Assembly: GCA_951406725.2 (NCBI GenBank)
Contig: OX597822.1
Span: 36,518,001-36,582,000, forward strand
From: Octopus vulgaris
Taxonomy: Eukaryota
DNA length: 64,000 bases
Direction: 5' to 3'
Both the position numbers and the translations under genes were made by a program. Positions 28,651 to 40,175 of this stretch are shown here, piece after piece. Under the pieces are notes generated by a model. The model did not search any database. It was not told the origin of the DNA and was given only the letters and a program-made list of their open reading frames with translations. Position 1 is the stretch's first letter, and each line of letters opens with the position of its first letter.

Positions 28651-29048
28651 CAGCCTCGTCTGGCACCTGTGTCGGTGGCACATAAAAAACACCATCCGAG
28701 CGTGGCCGTCTGCCAGCCTCGTCTGGCACCTGTGTCGGTGGCACATAAAAAACACCATCCGAGCGTGGCCGTCTGCCAGCCTCGTCTGGCACCTGTGTCG
28801 GTGGCACATAAAAAACACCATCCGAGCGTGGCCGTCTGCCAGCCTCGTCTGGCACCTGTGTCGGTGGCACATAAAATCACCCACTACACTCTCGGAGTGG
28901 TTGGCGTTAGGAAGGGCATCCAGCTGTAGAAACACTGCCACATCTGACTGGCCTGGTGCAGCCTTCGGGCTTCCCAGACCCCAGTTGAACCGTCCAACCC
29001 ATGCTAGCATGGAAAGCGGACGTTAAACGATGATGATGATGATGATGA
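28651..29048 (+). mobile_element. Young RTE 3' UTR/tail copy with 3.5 near-identical 63-bp tandem units
   Basis: Units start at 28651, 28714, 28777 and 28840, then ggaagggcatccagctgtagaaac..cgttaaac(gat)n. Other tail copies at about 260-645, 2040-2337, 4770-5300, 19740-19990, 46005-46500(-), 51400-51662, 52330-52530, 53460-53870(-) and 62780-62945. Confidence 0.85.
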
Positions 29049-29091
29049 TACATATATATATGTATATATACATATATATATGTATATATAA

Positions 29092-29322
29092 GGCGGCGAG
29101 CTGGCAGAAAGGTTAGCATGCCGGGCGAAATGCAAAGCCGTATTTCATCTGCCGTTACGTTCAGAGTTCAAATTCTGCCGAGGTTGACTTTGCCTTTCAT
29201 CCTTTCGGGGTCGATAAATTAAGTACCAGTTACGCACTGAGGTCGATGGAATCGACTTAATCCCTTTGTCTGTCCTTGTTTGTCCCCTCTGTGTTTAGCC
29301 CCTTGTGGGTAGTAAAGAAATA
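29092..29322 (+). mobile_element. tRNA-derived SINE (family 2)
   Basis: ggcggcgagctggcagaa..gagttcaaattc..gactttgcctttcatcctttcggggtcgataaattaagtaccag. Other copies at about 5980, 19290, 19525, 25035, 26105, 39100, 40415, 51075, 53882 and 62320. Confidence 0.85.
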
Positions 29323-29463
29323 TATATATGTATATATACATATATATATGTATATATACATATATATGTATATATTCATATATATATACATATGTATATT
29401 TTCAGCGGTGGGCCGCGATCTTTGGGCTAAAACACTTTTAAGGATTTAAGGATATATGTATAT

Positions 29464-29494
<31 letters not shown>

Positions 29495-29880
29495 CATACA
29501 CATATATAAATATAAATACATATTTATATATACATATATATACATACATATATGTGTGTATACTTTGTGTGTGTGTGTGTGCATGTGTGTGTGTATGCAT
29601 CTATATATGTGAGATAATAGTTTCAGTATTAAGCTGAAAGTATCTCTCATTACAATAGAGATGTTATTGTTTCACTTTTGACATGTAATACTGAAATAGT
29701 GTAAGAGATAAGAGATTGCTTAGGGCTCGCATTAGGCAAGAAGTTGAAAACTTTTTTGTCCCATGACACTGCATGGACCCTAAGCAAGGTATGTGTAAAA
29801 TTTGAATGAAATTGGTTGGGTTGAGTTTTAGTGATGTACACATACAAACATTCTCAGTTTTATAAATATAGATATATATA

Positions 29881-30115
29881 TTTAATGCCCCAAAAAACGA
29901 AGAATAAACACAAGAAAAAACAACAACACGAGGATGTGGTACATGCAAAGTATTAGCAGACGCTCTGTGAAGGAAAGAAAGGTAAAAATCTTCCTCCCTG
30001 TTTAGGTCTGCACTGCTCCACCTTTGTCAGCTGGCTTGATGACAATGTCGTTGCAGTGACAGATGGGCGATCGATTCAGCCTGGATGATGTTGGTCTGGA
30101 GGCACCTGTTTTTAA
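29881..30115 (-). mobile_element. Penelope-like element remnant (RT N-terminal DKG motif joined to pLTR)
   Basis: Minus strand 30052-30008 encodes NDIVIKPADKGGAVQ, the Penelope-specific DKG motif, preceded by TNIIQAESIA. Followed on the same strand by the pLTR segment also seen at 26850-26935. Confidence 0.75.
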
Positions 30116-31786
30116 ATTGAATCAGTCAACCAGCACATTGTAGTCATGCATGAGCAAGTCTAGGCTACTGAACTGGCTTGGAGGTGGCACCCCAGCTCCA
30201 AGAAGCCATCCCAATTGTCGTGACACTATGTGGACTTGTGGAAAAACGTGTGTAGTTTGATGAGGCACAGGAACTTGCTGACATCAGTGTGGGTCCCAAA
30301 TTTGTCAGTGGGACATGAGAGGTGTGAAGCGAAGGCATCTGCTGAGGAGTGACCATTTGGCAGTGGACAAGGAAAGGTTGGGTGGTATAGTGGAGAGCAA
30401 AGCTTGCTGATTTAAGTAGAAAGATTTCATTAAAACATAAAACAATAGAACCAAAGAAAGTGGGGTATACACATAATGATTCATTATTGCTGGATAAATA
30501 GACTGTCTTCAGAAATCTCACAATACAATGTCTGATATAAAAAAGCTCTTTATGTGTTGAATGAATGACCCTTTTGTATATTTTATAAGTAGTTTGCTTT
30601 TAAAAGATTGCCTTTCTATAGTTTGTGGTAACATTGTTTAAGAGTTGATTGTTCATGTTTTTTGTTTAATTCATATACATCGTCTATTTATTTGCGAATG
30701 TGATAGTTTTATTGGATTTCTTAACGTTCTTCATATCAGAGTGTGGATTAACTAGAAAACTCATTTTATTTTAAATAATATCAATGGTGGAATTAGGAAA
30801 GTGACAAAGATCCTTGAGTGAAACAATAACAACATTGTTATCATCTAATTTACAATATCAGGAACAAAAGTCAATGAAAATTCATTTAATTCTATACAGC
30901 TGGATTTTATCCTTTCATCTCGAAATGATTACTTACAACCATTTCTTAGACTCTGTTATGGCATACAGTGCCATCAATGACAATATAGAAACCATTTTGC
31001 ATCCAAGGAAAATCTTGATCTTTCAGAAAAAACTCTTCATGGATTATAAACAACATCTGCAAATAAAATTATATGTGATACCTCCAAAACTAGAGCTGAA
31101 AGAGCAAAACTGATGACACATTTAGAATCAGTCTGATATTATTCTAAAGAATAAGTCTAACATTCAAGGTAGTAGAATTTTTTATTTGTTGTTGACCAGT
31201 ATTATTAATGAAATTACATGATTGTAACTTTAAATTGTTTTTTTAAAAACTAGTTTGCAACAGCTGGAGGAGAGAAGGTTGTAATAGTTGTAAAGTTGCT
31301 GAGAATAAAGAAAACACAATAAAAAGCAAATATAAATCTTAGAAATAACTCAACTCATAGAGATTTTTTTCACTGGGTTGATAGAGAATTTCTAATTTAC
31401 AAATAAAATTGAAGCTTGATTTCATTGTTGGAACTGGATTGTGTTGTTAAACTGTTTCTCCTTTTCTTCCTACTATATAAGCTAGGTAAACTTTGCCTTT
31501 ATTTATGTTTATTGAACAAGTCACAACACAATGACACTGTTAACTTTCAGTGTATTCATTCTGTTGCAAGTTCAATAGATCAACAACTTTGTCAATAATT
31601 TCCTAGAATCTAGGCACAGGCATAGCCATGTAATTAAGACATTCGTTTTGTAACTATGTGCCTAACCTGGTTCACCATAGTACACTTTACAATAGTCATG
31701 AGCCTCACACTGACCAATGATGAGTAAAATTTGGTATTTGGAAACTGTGTACATAGTATTTGTATGTGTATGTATGTAAATATATA

Positions 31787-31834
<48 letters not shown>

Positions 31835-31864
31835 CACACACACATACATATACATACTTACATG

Positions 31865-32763
31865 CAAGATGTGACGGGTAAATTGTCACCATTTTATATT
31901 TTTTAATTTCACACATGTACATTGTTTGTTTTTGATTTTGTCGACTGTACAGTAAAGTAGGGTAAGTTTTTGATTTCATTGACTACACAGTATAGTAGGG
32001 TCAGTTGGGCACTGTCTGTGAGAAAAACAGTACCATGATACAATTCACTCAGCCAGAAATTTGGAAAGGACAGGCTGTACTGCTTAACGTTTGTGCTGGA
32101 AGCTCCAAATCAAACATTTCAGAGTGTTTGGGTGTCAATCTGAGGACATGTACCCTGAGTGATAAAAATCAAACATCCTGTCAACATCATGGTGTTTGGA
32201 GTGATCACTAGTGATGGTGATGTTATGCCTCCATTCACAACTTCAGACTCAACATGGAGGCCTACATCAAGTGCCTGGAGGAGGTAGTGCTACCCTGGCT
32301 CAAGAGGGTGGCTGCTGGAAAACCTTATGTCTGGCAACAGGTCTCTGCACCATGCCACACAAGCAGGAGAACCCAGTTAGGGCTGTCAGACAATTTCTGC
32401 AACCACATCACCCTTAACATCTGGACACCAAACTCCCCAGACTGCAACTCCCTTGATTACTATGTGTGGGGCGCAGTTGAGTGAGAGACCAACAAAACTC
32501 CTTGTAACACTAAAGATGAACTGAAGGCAAGGATTATGGCAGGATTCACCAACTTAGACAAGGAGACCATCCAGAAGAGTTGCAGGAGATTCTAAAGTCG
32601 TCTGGAGGCCATGGTTGAAGCTATTGGCAACTTTATTGAATATGTTTACTCTTTAGTATTTCAAGATATTTTTATGTAATTTTGGTAAATATATCTGTTA
32701 AAATTAGAAGTCAGTGTTATTGTCATTTTTGCGTAATTCAGACAACAGTTTATTCACTGCACC

Positions 32764-32766
<3 letters not shown>
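31865..32766 (+). mobile_element. Tc1/mariner DD37D (maT-type) transposon, internally deleted and decayed
   Basis: HPVNIMVFGVITSDG..YVWQQ(V)SAPCHT-[37 aa]-SPDCNSLDYYVWG; the second catalytic D is mutated. Right TIR ..tattcactgcaccctg|TA; degenerate left TIR caagatgtgacgggtaaattgtc. Confidence 0.85.
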
Positions 32767-32800
<34 letters not shown>

Positions 32801-33467
32801 GGGAAAATAAGAAAAAAAAAAAGCCAGCAATAACGACACCAGTTTGACTTTGAATCTCTTTAACAATTCAAAATAACGAATAAAATTCCTCTTAATTCTA
32901 CCTCAGTTCATCTAATTGTATTTATTTATCGCTACTTTTCATAAAAAAGTCTTTATTTTTTTTATATTCAATGTGCATTTTCGCTTTTTTTCTTCTTACT
33001 TTCCCCATATCTTCTCCACATGTAGTTTCTATTTTCTTTTTGAAACATTTCTATTATATATATATATATATATATATACTCACACACATATGTATGAATG
33101 TGTGTGTGTGTACATGCATTATGCTTACTTGTTTTAGTCATTGGTCTGTGACCATGCTGGGGTACTACTTCGAAAAGTTTGGCCAATGAAATTGACCCTA
33201 GTACTTTTTTATAAGTATGGCACTTGTTCTATTGGTATCCTTTGTTAAACCATTAAGTTACAGGGACATAAAAGAATCAACTGTCAAACAGTGTGTGAGA
33301 GAGTAGACACACACACATATAAAGAGATTTCCTCCAGTTTCTGTCTAGTAAATACGTTCTCAAGGTCAGCCCAGGTCTACAGAAGATTCTTACCCTAAAC
33401 GTTGTGCAGTGGGACTGAACCTGAAACCATATAGTTACAAAGAAAGCTTTTCAAACACAACACCACC

Positions 33468-33522
<55 letters not shown>

Positions 33523-33652
33523 AAAAATAAGTTCAAAAAGAATAATTCAAACTTTTTGAGAGATCCAAAAAATAGAGAAAAAAATGATTTCTAATAAAGA
33601 TTCATCATATTCATAAAAATCAGCCAGCGCAAGAAATAAGAATATGAAAATA

Positions 33653-33848
33653 ATAGTTGAAAAATTTCGTTATAGGTATAAATATACCTTAAACAAGTAT
33701 AAAAAATGGAGAGAAAAAAATGCTGAACCAAAATTAGATTTAATACATGCGTATGTATTGAATCCAAATTTGTATTAAATCTAATTTTGATTCATTTTTT
33801 ATACTTGTTTAAGGTATATTTATACCTATAATGAAATTTTTCAACTAT
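33653..33848. repeat. Long interrupted hairpin
   Basis: atagttgaaaaatttcgttataggtataaatataccttaaacaagtataaaaaatg and its reverse complement, plus an inner 24-bp arm pair. Confidence 0.9.
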
Positions 33849-34092
33849 ATATATATTATATACAAAAACACGCACGCTTTGAGCATATTTAATAGATGGA
33901 AACTGGATGGTATCTCTTTATATGTGTCTTTGTGTCTCTTCTCTTACACACTGTTTGACAGAGTTGATTCTTTTATGTCCTTAGCAAAGGAGGCCAATAG
34001 AACAAGAGCCATACTTTAAAAAATCAGTCACCATGCTTGATCACTAAATCCACAAGTTTTTTTATTCTTTCTCTGTTTATTTTCTTTTATTC

Positions 34093-34128
34093 CTTTCTGT
34101 TGAAGAGCATAAGCTCGAAACGTAAAAG
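34093..34128 (+). ncRNA. Minimal Penelope-type hammerhead motif (variant core CUGUUGA)
   Basis: CTTT CTGTTGA A GAGC-ataa-GCTC GAAA CGT A AAAG. Stem I 4 bp, stem II 4 bp, palindromic stem III. Confidence 0.6.
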
Positions 34129-34807
34129 ACTTTCTCACTTTCCCGAGCATCAAACTAATACACCTGCTTGTTGTCCATACACCTGTCTTCATCTTGTTTT
34201 TTTTTGTAAATTTATAGTGTATACGTATGTATATATATAAATTAAGCAGAAAATAGAGAAAATTCTTCATCAACAAACAAATTGACTACCATTGATTATT
34301 ATTTTTTAATACAAAACTTTATCATTTCTGGCACCTGCTTCTGCTTCCAATGGCCATCAGCGCTGCCAAAGAAAATTCCGAGAATAATATTTGTCATGTT
34401 CTATATCTGGTACATGGAGCTTCATCAGAGTGAATAAAAATACATAAATTAAAAGAGGAGAGAAAAGAACAGGGTCTCGAGATGAGAAAAGAAGGCTTAA
34501 TATATTTGAATCATACCATTTTGCAGTGTTATGTGTTTGTTGATCAAGAATTTTATCCATTTTCTGCTTAATTTAAATTTGATTCCCAATAAACCCTTGT
34601 TTATTTTGTTATTGCCTGTATCCTATGAGCATAGAATCCTTTGCCCAGGGTTAACATAGGAAATTTATACCAGCAGTAAAAACGGATATTCTTATCCCTT
34701 AGATGGTTATTCCAACTGCTAACTCTACTAACCTATAAATATATATATTTCGTTTTTGTATTTGGTTTGCAAGATTCTTTATGTGAATTTGTGTGTTGAA
34801 GCATTTT

Positions 34808-34923
34808 GTGGTCTGGGGAGTCATTCTGTTTTAATGCCTTATTAATTAAAAAGGAGTGGAAATTGAATCCATGAGTGTATTAATCAATATGGCATTAAAA
34901 CAGAATGACTCTCCCTAGATCGC
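34808..34923. repeat. Inverted repeat, arms about 35 bp
   Basis: gagtcattctgttttaatgcc / ggcattaaaacagaatgactc. Confidence 0.85.
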
Positions 34924-34958
34924 TAGCCACTACACATTCTTTATTTTCTCTCCTTGTT

Positions 34959-34996
34959 TCTTTCTGTGGAAGAGCGTAGGCTCAAAACGTTAAAGA
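34959..34996 (+). ncRNA. Minimal Penelope-type hammerhead motif (decayed, core CUGUGGA)
   Basis: TCTTT CTGTGGA A GAGC-gtag-GCTC aAAA CGT T AAAGA. G12 is lost. Downstream sequence is homologous to that of the 34093 copy. Confidence 0.5.
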
Positions 34997-35136
34997 CTTT
35001 TTCACTTCCTGAGCGTTAAACTAATACATCTGTTTGTTGTCTTGTTTTTTTGTGAATTCTCCCCCTATATATATATATTCATTTCATTTCATCTAGTTTC
35101 AGCTCACGAGCTGTGGCCATGCTGGGGCACCGCCAT

Positions 35137-35183
<47 letters not shown>

Positions 35184-36571
35184 AGTGTGATTCTCTGTGC
35201 ACATGTTTGCCAATGTGTACTTTTTATGTCAAAACGTAACTTAACAATCCGTCAATTTGAAATCGATATGTCCGAAGCATTAGTGTCGATATGACCACTG
35301 AAATCCCTAGAAGGTAGTGTGTCAACATGTCTGTAATCCAATGTTTTAATTAGTTTAAAGAATAGTCACTAATACTGTATAACTTAATCCGGTCTTTCTC
35401 AAGTATTTATATTCTCATTCAGATATAGAAAACTTTTAAAAACATAATTACTGTAAATCGAATGTTTGAGGACGGAATTCTGCCTTAAGCAGGCCACATA
35501 GCCCCTCATAACTTTATTTTTTTGATTTTCAGAATATTTTTGTGTATTTGTATCCAATACACGATAAATAACACAACTATGAAAAAAGTTTTTTAAAAAA
35601 TTTTTCGAGATTAATGGCAAAACATGAGAGAGAGAGTAACGATTTACCAGAAAGTTCAAGACATTATTTTAAGCACCTGAATGACCGAAAATATGATTTT
35701 CGCAACTAAATTGATAACTTTTCGAGACAAAGATGCATTTTAAATATTAAAACAGTCTATTCATCAGCCTGTATTTGCTATTAATTTCCAAGTCTTGTCG
35801 AAAACGAACAGATCTATGATCCAAGGCTTTCCAGCTATGACCATTCTGTCTCCCACCTTTTTTTTTTTTTTTTTACTGTGGTATCCAGTGTATCTTTCTC
35901 ATTTTAATGGCACTTCTGACAGCTAATTCCGTGGTAGTGCCATTTTAAAGACAATAATGTGTAATTTGAAATTTAGTTGCTATTTCTAGCAGGTAGTGTG
36001 ACCGCATAAGAGGATCTCTCTTGGGCACTCTTGTTACCTCGAACAATATGGAAACGATGCCGCTAAGGGCGAGGGCCTTTTGATCGCATTTGGTTCAACT
36101 AAAAATACAAGACTCCATTTACTCATCTTGACTTTACTATCAACCCGGTATATGTGATCACTTGACCTGCTAGAAATAATAATCACATTTTCTTTGAATC
36201 GGCCTCAACATTCCAAGTAAGGAGAAATAACAATTCAGCGAGACTTGAACAATATTTAGACGATTCTGTTTATTTTCTTTGGCTAAATTCAAATATATTT
36301 TTAATTTTAAGTGAATTGGAATATGAGAAATTCAGTATCATGAATGTATGAATGAGAAGGAAAAGATAAAACATGTAAACAATAGGGGTAACGAAGCTGA
36401 TTAAGCTGAGATATAAAAACCTAGTTACCCAGTTCATCAATATCTTTGGACATGTATATAAATAAAATCAATTTTGTGCGATGTTTTACAAAGTTAATTT
36501 ATAAAGAAGAATTACAGTACGCTTGGGATTTATGTTAAAATAGAAAGGGAAATAAAACAAAAGAGAAACAG

Positions 36572-37051
36572 TTATGATTTATCAGTTCTTTTGAGTAGAT
36601 CGTGAATTTCTTTAGCTGTAGAGATCTGTCCTCTTACTGTGCTTTGATACTGTGGATACGATTGGCTTTGTCCGTCTTGATTATCGGTCTTATTAGTCAC
36701 AACAGGGATCGGTGTAAAGCGATTTCCATCGATGATTTGAGCACTGGCTTCTTGAGCAAGTCGTAGTATTATTTCCATTTGGTCACAGATTGCAAACAAG
36801 TCTTCCAGACAGCGCTCGAATTTTGGTTGTAGGCTTTCTACGTTCATTTTGTTACCACCGTCGACACTGGCATTCTGACGAAACGCCTGGGAAGCTAGTT
36901 TGATCAAGTTGACTAGAGATTCTTTTAAACGAGGTAACATCATCTTATATCGCGATATTTGGTCAAAATCCACTTGTTGGTGGGGCATTTGAGCCGATTG
37001 TTGAGGTGCAGGTTGCTGCTGAGTTGGAGGAACTTGAGCACCGGACGCCAT
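36572..37051 (-). CDS. MED29: Mediator complex subunit 29 (intersex), 159 aa, uninterrupted single-exon ORF
   Basis: Q/P-rich N-terminus, then DFDQISRYKMMLPRLKESL..KFERCLEDLFAICDQMEIILRLAQE..SYPQYQSTVRGQISTAKEIH, matching recalled MED29 (DFDPVQRYKMLIPQLKESL..RFDKCLEEFYALCDQLELCLRLAHE..PYPQYLAVIKAQISCAKDIH). Start context aacATGG; minus-strand AATAAA at 36269-36274. Confidence 0.95.
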   Translation of the reverse strand: MASGAQVPPTQQQPAPQQSAQMPHQQVDFDQISRYKMMLPRLKESLVNLIKLASQAFRQNASVDGGNKMNVESLQPKFERCLEDLFAICDQMEIILRLAQEASAQIIDGNRFTPIPVVTNKTDNQDGQSQSYPQYQSTVRGQISTAKEIHDLLKRTDKS

Positions 37052-37239
37052 GTTTGTTCTGTAATTAGCTTATGGTTATCTCCCCTTGGACACGCAAAGT
37101 ATATCGGGAAGGGCAACTGATGCTCAAAGTTTACAGAGGAAATCTACTCACGGACGCCTGCTGCATAAAAATCTAATAGAGGGTGCTAGAAAGTTCCTGA
37201 TTATTGACCCGCTAATCATTTTTGGCAAAACTGCTGATG

Positions 37240-39010
37240 TATACCCCACCGAATTTGTTGCCTCATAACTTCCAGAAAATGGATACTTTTTAACAAAACT
37301 TTCAACAAATAATTGCTGAAATCCTATAGATTGGTACATAAAGATTTGTTAGAAAATCTTTTTCCGAGGGATTGGGGAGAAGGTTTTTCGGAAAATTCAC
37401 ACGACCCAACATTTCCCCCCTCATAACTTTTAGGAAATGGGTATTTTTTAATGAAATTCTAAACAAATACTTTTCAAACGGTGTAGATTACGATTAAAAA
37501 GAAATTTGTAGGTAAAACTTTTTTGGAAGAGGGCGAGGAAAAAGTATGTGATTTAAGGGAGATTTGGCTGTTGCTTCTAACACATTCGCAAGACCACCCT
37601 CCTTGTTTTTTTCTCACTCAGATATGTATTGATGTTTTTCAATATTTTCTAGCATTTATGCTATAAAAAAAGAAAAGTTTGAAAATTTACAATTTTTTTA
37701 GTCCCACTTTCTGACCCCGACTCTTTCTGTTTATATAATTCTAAAATATCGAGAGCCTGAGAAGATTATTGCTGGGATTTATCCAGAGTGATTTTAATAA
37801 GAAGTATGTAAAAGATTATATGTTTTGATAGCATTATTTTTCTTACACACACACGCGACCTCGCTCGGTTGGGGTGGAAGTAAAAATTTTAATTACAATG
37901 GACTACACGTGTGTTACTTTGGCATCATCATTCCATAAAATGTGTTTATAGGGAGAAAAATATTAAAAAACATCAATAGATGTAAGAGTGAAAAAGAAAC
38001 GTGGAAAGGGGTTTCGGGATGTGCTAGAAATAACAGTCAGATCTCCCTTAAATCACACATTTTCCTGTGAAATTATTAACATTTTTGGATCTTTTCGGTT
38101 TGAACGGCTGTTTTTTCTAGCGGTGTCATATGAAATTGTCACCCATTATTATGACCCTAGTATCGATCTATTGCATTTCAATCTGTTTTAGGGTTAGGGT
38201 TAAGGTTAGAGGTGGGGGAAGGGTATCTTTTTTTCTTCACAAATGTAAATAAACCCAATCTGTTTCTTAAACGAGGGACATATTCATACGGCACAGAATG
38301 TTTTCACCTTAATAGACGTCATTGATTGGTTGAAATTGTAGAAATTGAAGAAGAAAAACAACAAATATCTTACAAACCATAGAATTTTCTCAATAAAGCC
38401 AAGAGAAAAAGATGTTTTATAAACACATTCTACCAGTATACGAAGTTTAAAAGTGTTTAGTTACGTGGAAATTATTTTTAAAAACTGTCGGTCAAACCGA
38501 AAAGATCCACAAAAACAGAAAACGTTTCTCACGGGTTTTAAGTGCGTAGTGAAAAAAAAAAATTCTTTCTGTTTTTCGTGAAAAGATGCCTCCCATCATT
38601 CCGAAGACTGTGCTGTAAATAATTGACAAGAATCTCCGTCAAAATGGAGAAATTCCAACTTATATAGGTCGTTTTATCTGAAACTCTGTTTACCAGAAAC
38701 TCCTTTCCCCCATTCACTTCCGAAAGAATTTGCCAATAGATTTCTTTGTAATTGTAATCTACATCGTTTGAAAAGTGTTTGTATAAAATTTCGTTAAAAA
38801 ATATCCATTTTCCCGAAAGTTATGAGCTGGAAAATGTCGGGTTGTGTGAATTTTTTGAAATTCCTCTCCCCAATCCTTCGGAAAATTTTTCCCCGACAAA
38901 TCTTTAGATACACTCAATCTATAGAAACTAAGCAATTATTTGTTGAAAATTTCGTAAAAAAGGACCCGTTTTTTCTGTATATTACGAGGCAACAAAGTCG
39001 GGGGGGGGGG
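37240..39010. repeat. Diverged inverted pair of about 300 bp (37240-37535 and 38715-39010)
   Basis: Example: gattggggagaaggtttttcggaaaattcacacgacccaacattt versus aaatgtcgggttgtgtgaattttttgaaattcctctccccaatc. Confidence 0.75.
38087..38508. mobile_element. MITE, 422 bp, TIRs of about 29 bp
   Basis: ggatcttttcggtttgaacggctgttttt / aaaaactgtcggtcaaaccgaaaagatcc; internal ttagggttagggttaaggttag. Confidence 0.8.
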
Positions 39011-39263
39011 GGTACACATCTGTAGTTATGCCTAATTTTTTTCCAGGCGACGGGCTGCCAAAATTGTTATCGCGCCGGACAAAGGGCTTAGTAGCAGTTC
39101 TTTCTGCTTTACATTCTGAGTTCGATTTTGCCTTTCATCCTTTGAGGGTCGTTAGAATAAGTAGCAACGGAGCACTGGGGTCGATGTAATCGACTATCCC
39201 CCTCGGCGTAATTCTGGTTTATCGTTAGTTCATAAATATTGTTACGGACTATTTATACTGTTA

Positions 39264-40175
39264 CTAGCAGACATACCTAGCGTTGTTCGGGTTTTAAATG
39301 GTATAGTTTGTATATATGGTACAGTTAAGTTGAAAATGTGGTACGGGGAAGTGCAGCATTGACAAAACATTTGTGGAGTAAATGTAGGGCTCGTTCGACC
39401 AACTGAAATGACATGCTACTGTTTAGAAGATTCCAGGCCCTAACTTTGTCGTGGGAAACGTGTTGTGGATATGTGATTTTTAAACCCCTCAAAAAGCTCT
39501 CAGTGGATATACTCTCCTTTGAGACTGTCGGCACTGCCGCTACCACGCTGAACAATCAGTAGACATAGCAGCTACATTTACGTGAAAGATTAAACCTGTG
39601 GGGGCGTTCAACAACACCGCATGAGAGAAACCTGAATGAAATAAATGACGTGGTGGGATGGGGTAGAATGGGACTGAAGATGTTAATGCAGCATTCCTGG
39701 CCAGACGAATACTACGCTGCTCATCGCTTTTCATTGCTCTTGCAGAAGCTGTACATGCAGCATTTTGTGATTGTCTAATTGAAGTCTCAAGTGACGCTCT
39801 TCTTTGGAGACACTATGTCAAGAAATATGATGTAATAAACTAAGACGACAAGTGTATGTTAATAGTGAAATGTCAATAAAAAAAGGAACGAATATCAATA
39901 TCTCAGCAAATTTTAAGAAAAGTTACTTCGCAAAAACTTACCTCCCTTCTCCACAGTAATCGTACTTACTCTAGGAATAAGGAATTTCTGGCCCCAGAGG
40001 CCTCATTACTCATTATGTGAAAACTTTAAGAGCCTAAAACCATCTTTGGAACATAAGTAATGTATGTTCCTACTTTGAAGAAAATCAATTGCGAACTTCA
40101 GACGTTGTGCGGGTTTACACACACACTCGCACGTACGCACGCATGCGCACACACAAAGTGAGTTTTATATATAGA
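39264..40175 (-). mobile_element. Non-autonomous Helitron
   Basis: Minus strand begins A|TCTATATATAAAA and ends cccgaacaacgctaggt (decayed hairpin)..CTAG|T. Internal remnant ASARAMKSDEQRSIRLARNAA resembles Helitron N-terminal repeats. Confidence 0.75.

Noticed and set aside
28651-28882. Regularly spaced repeats resembling a CRISPR array
   Set aside because: Units are identical with no unique spacers, lie in an RTE 3' UTR, and there are no cas genes in this eukaryotic DNA.
30814-31170. 99-aa ORF and neighbouring frames
   Set aside because: No recognisable motif, non-ATG start, stops in the alternative frame; possibly old transposon debris.
38187-38211. Interstitial telomere (TTAGGG)n
   Set aside because: Only about four degenerate units and internal to a MITE.
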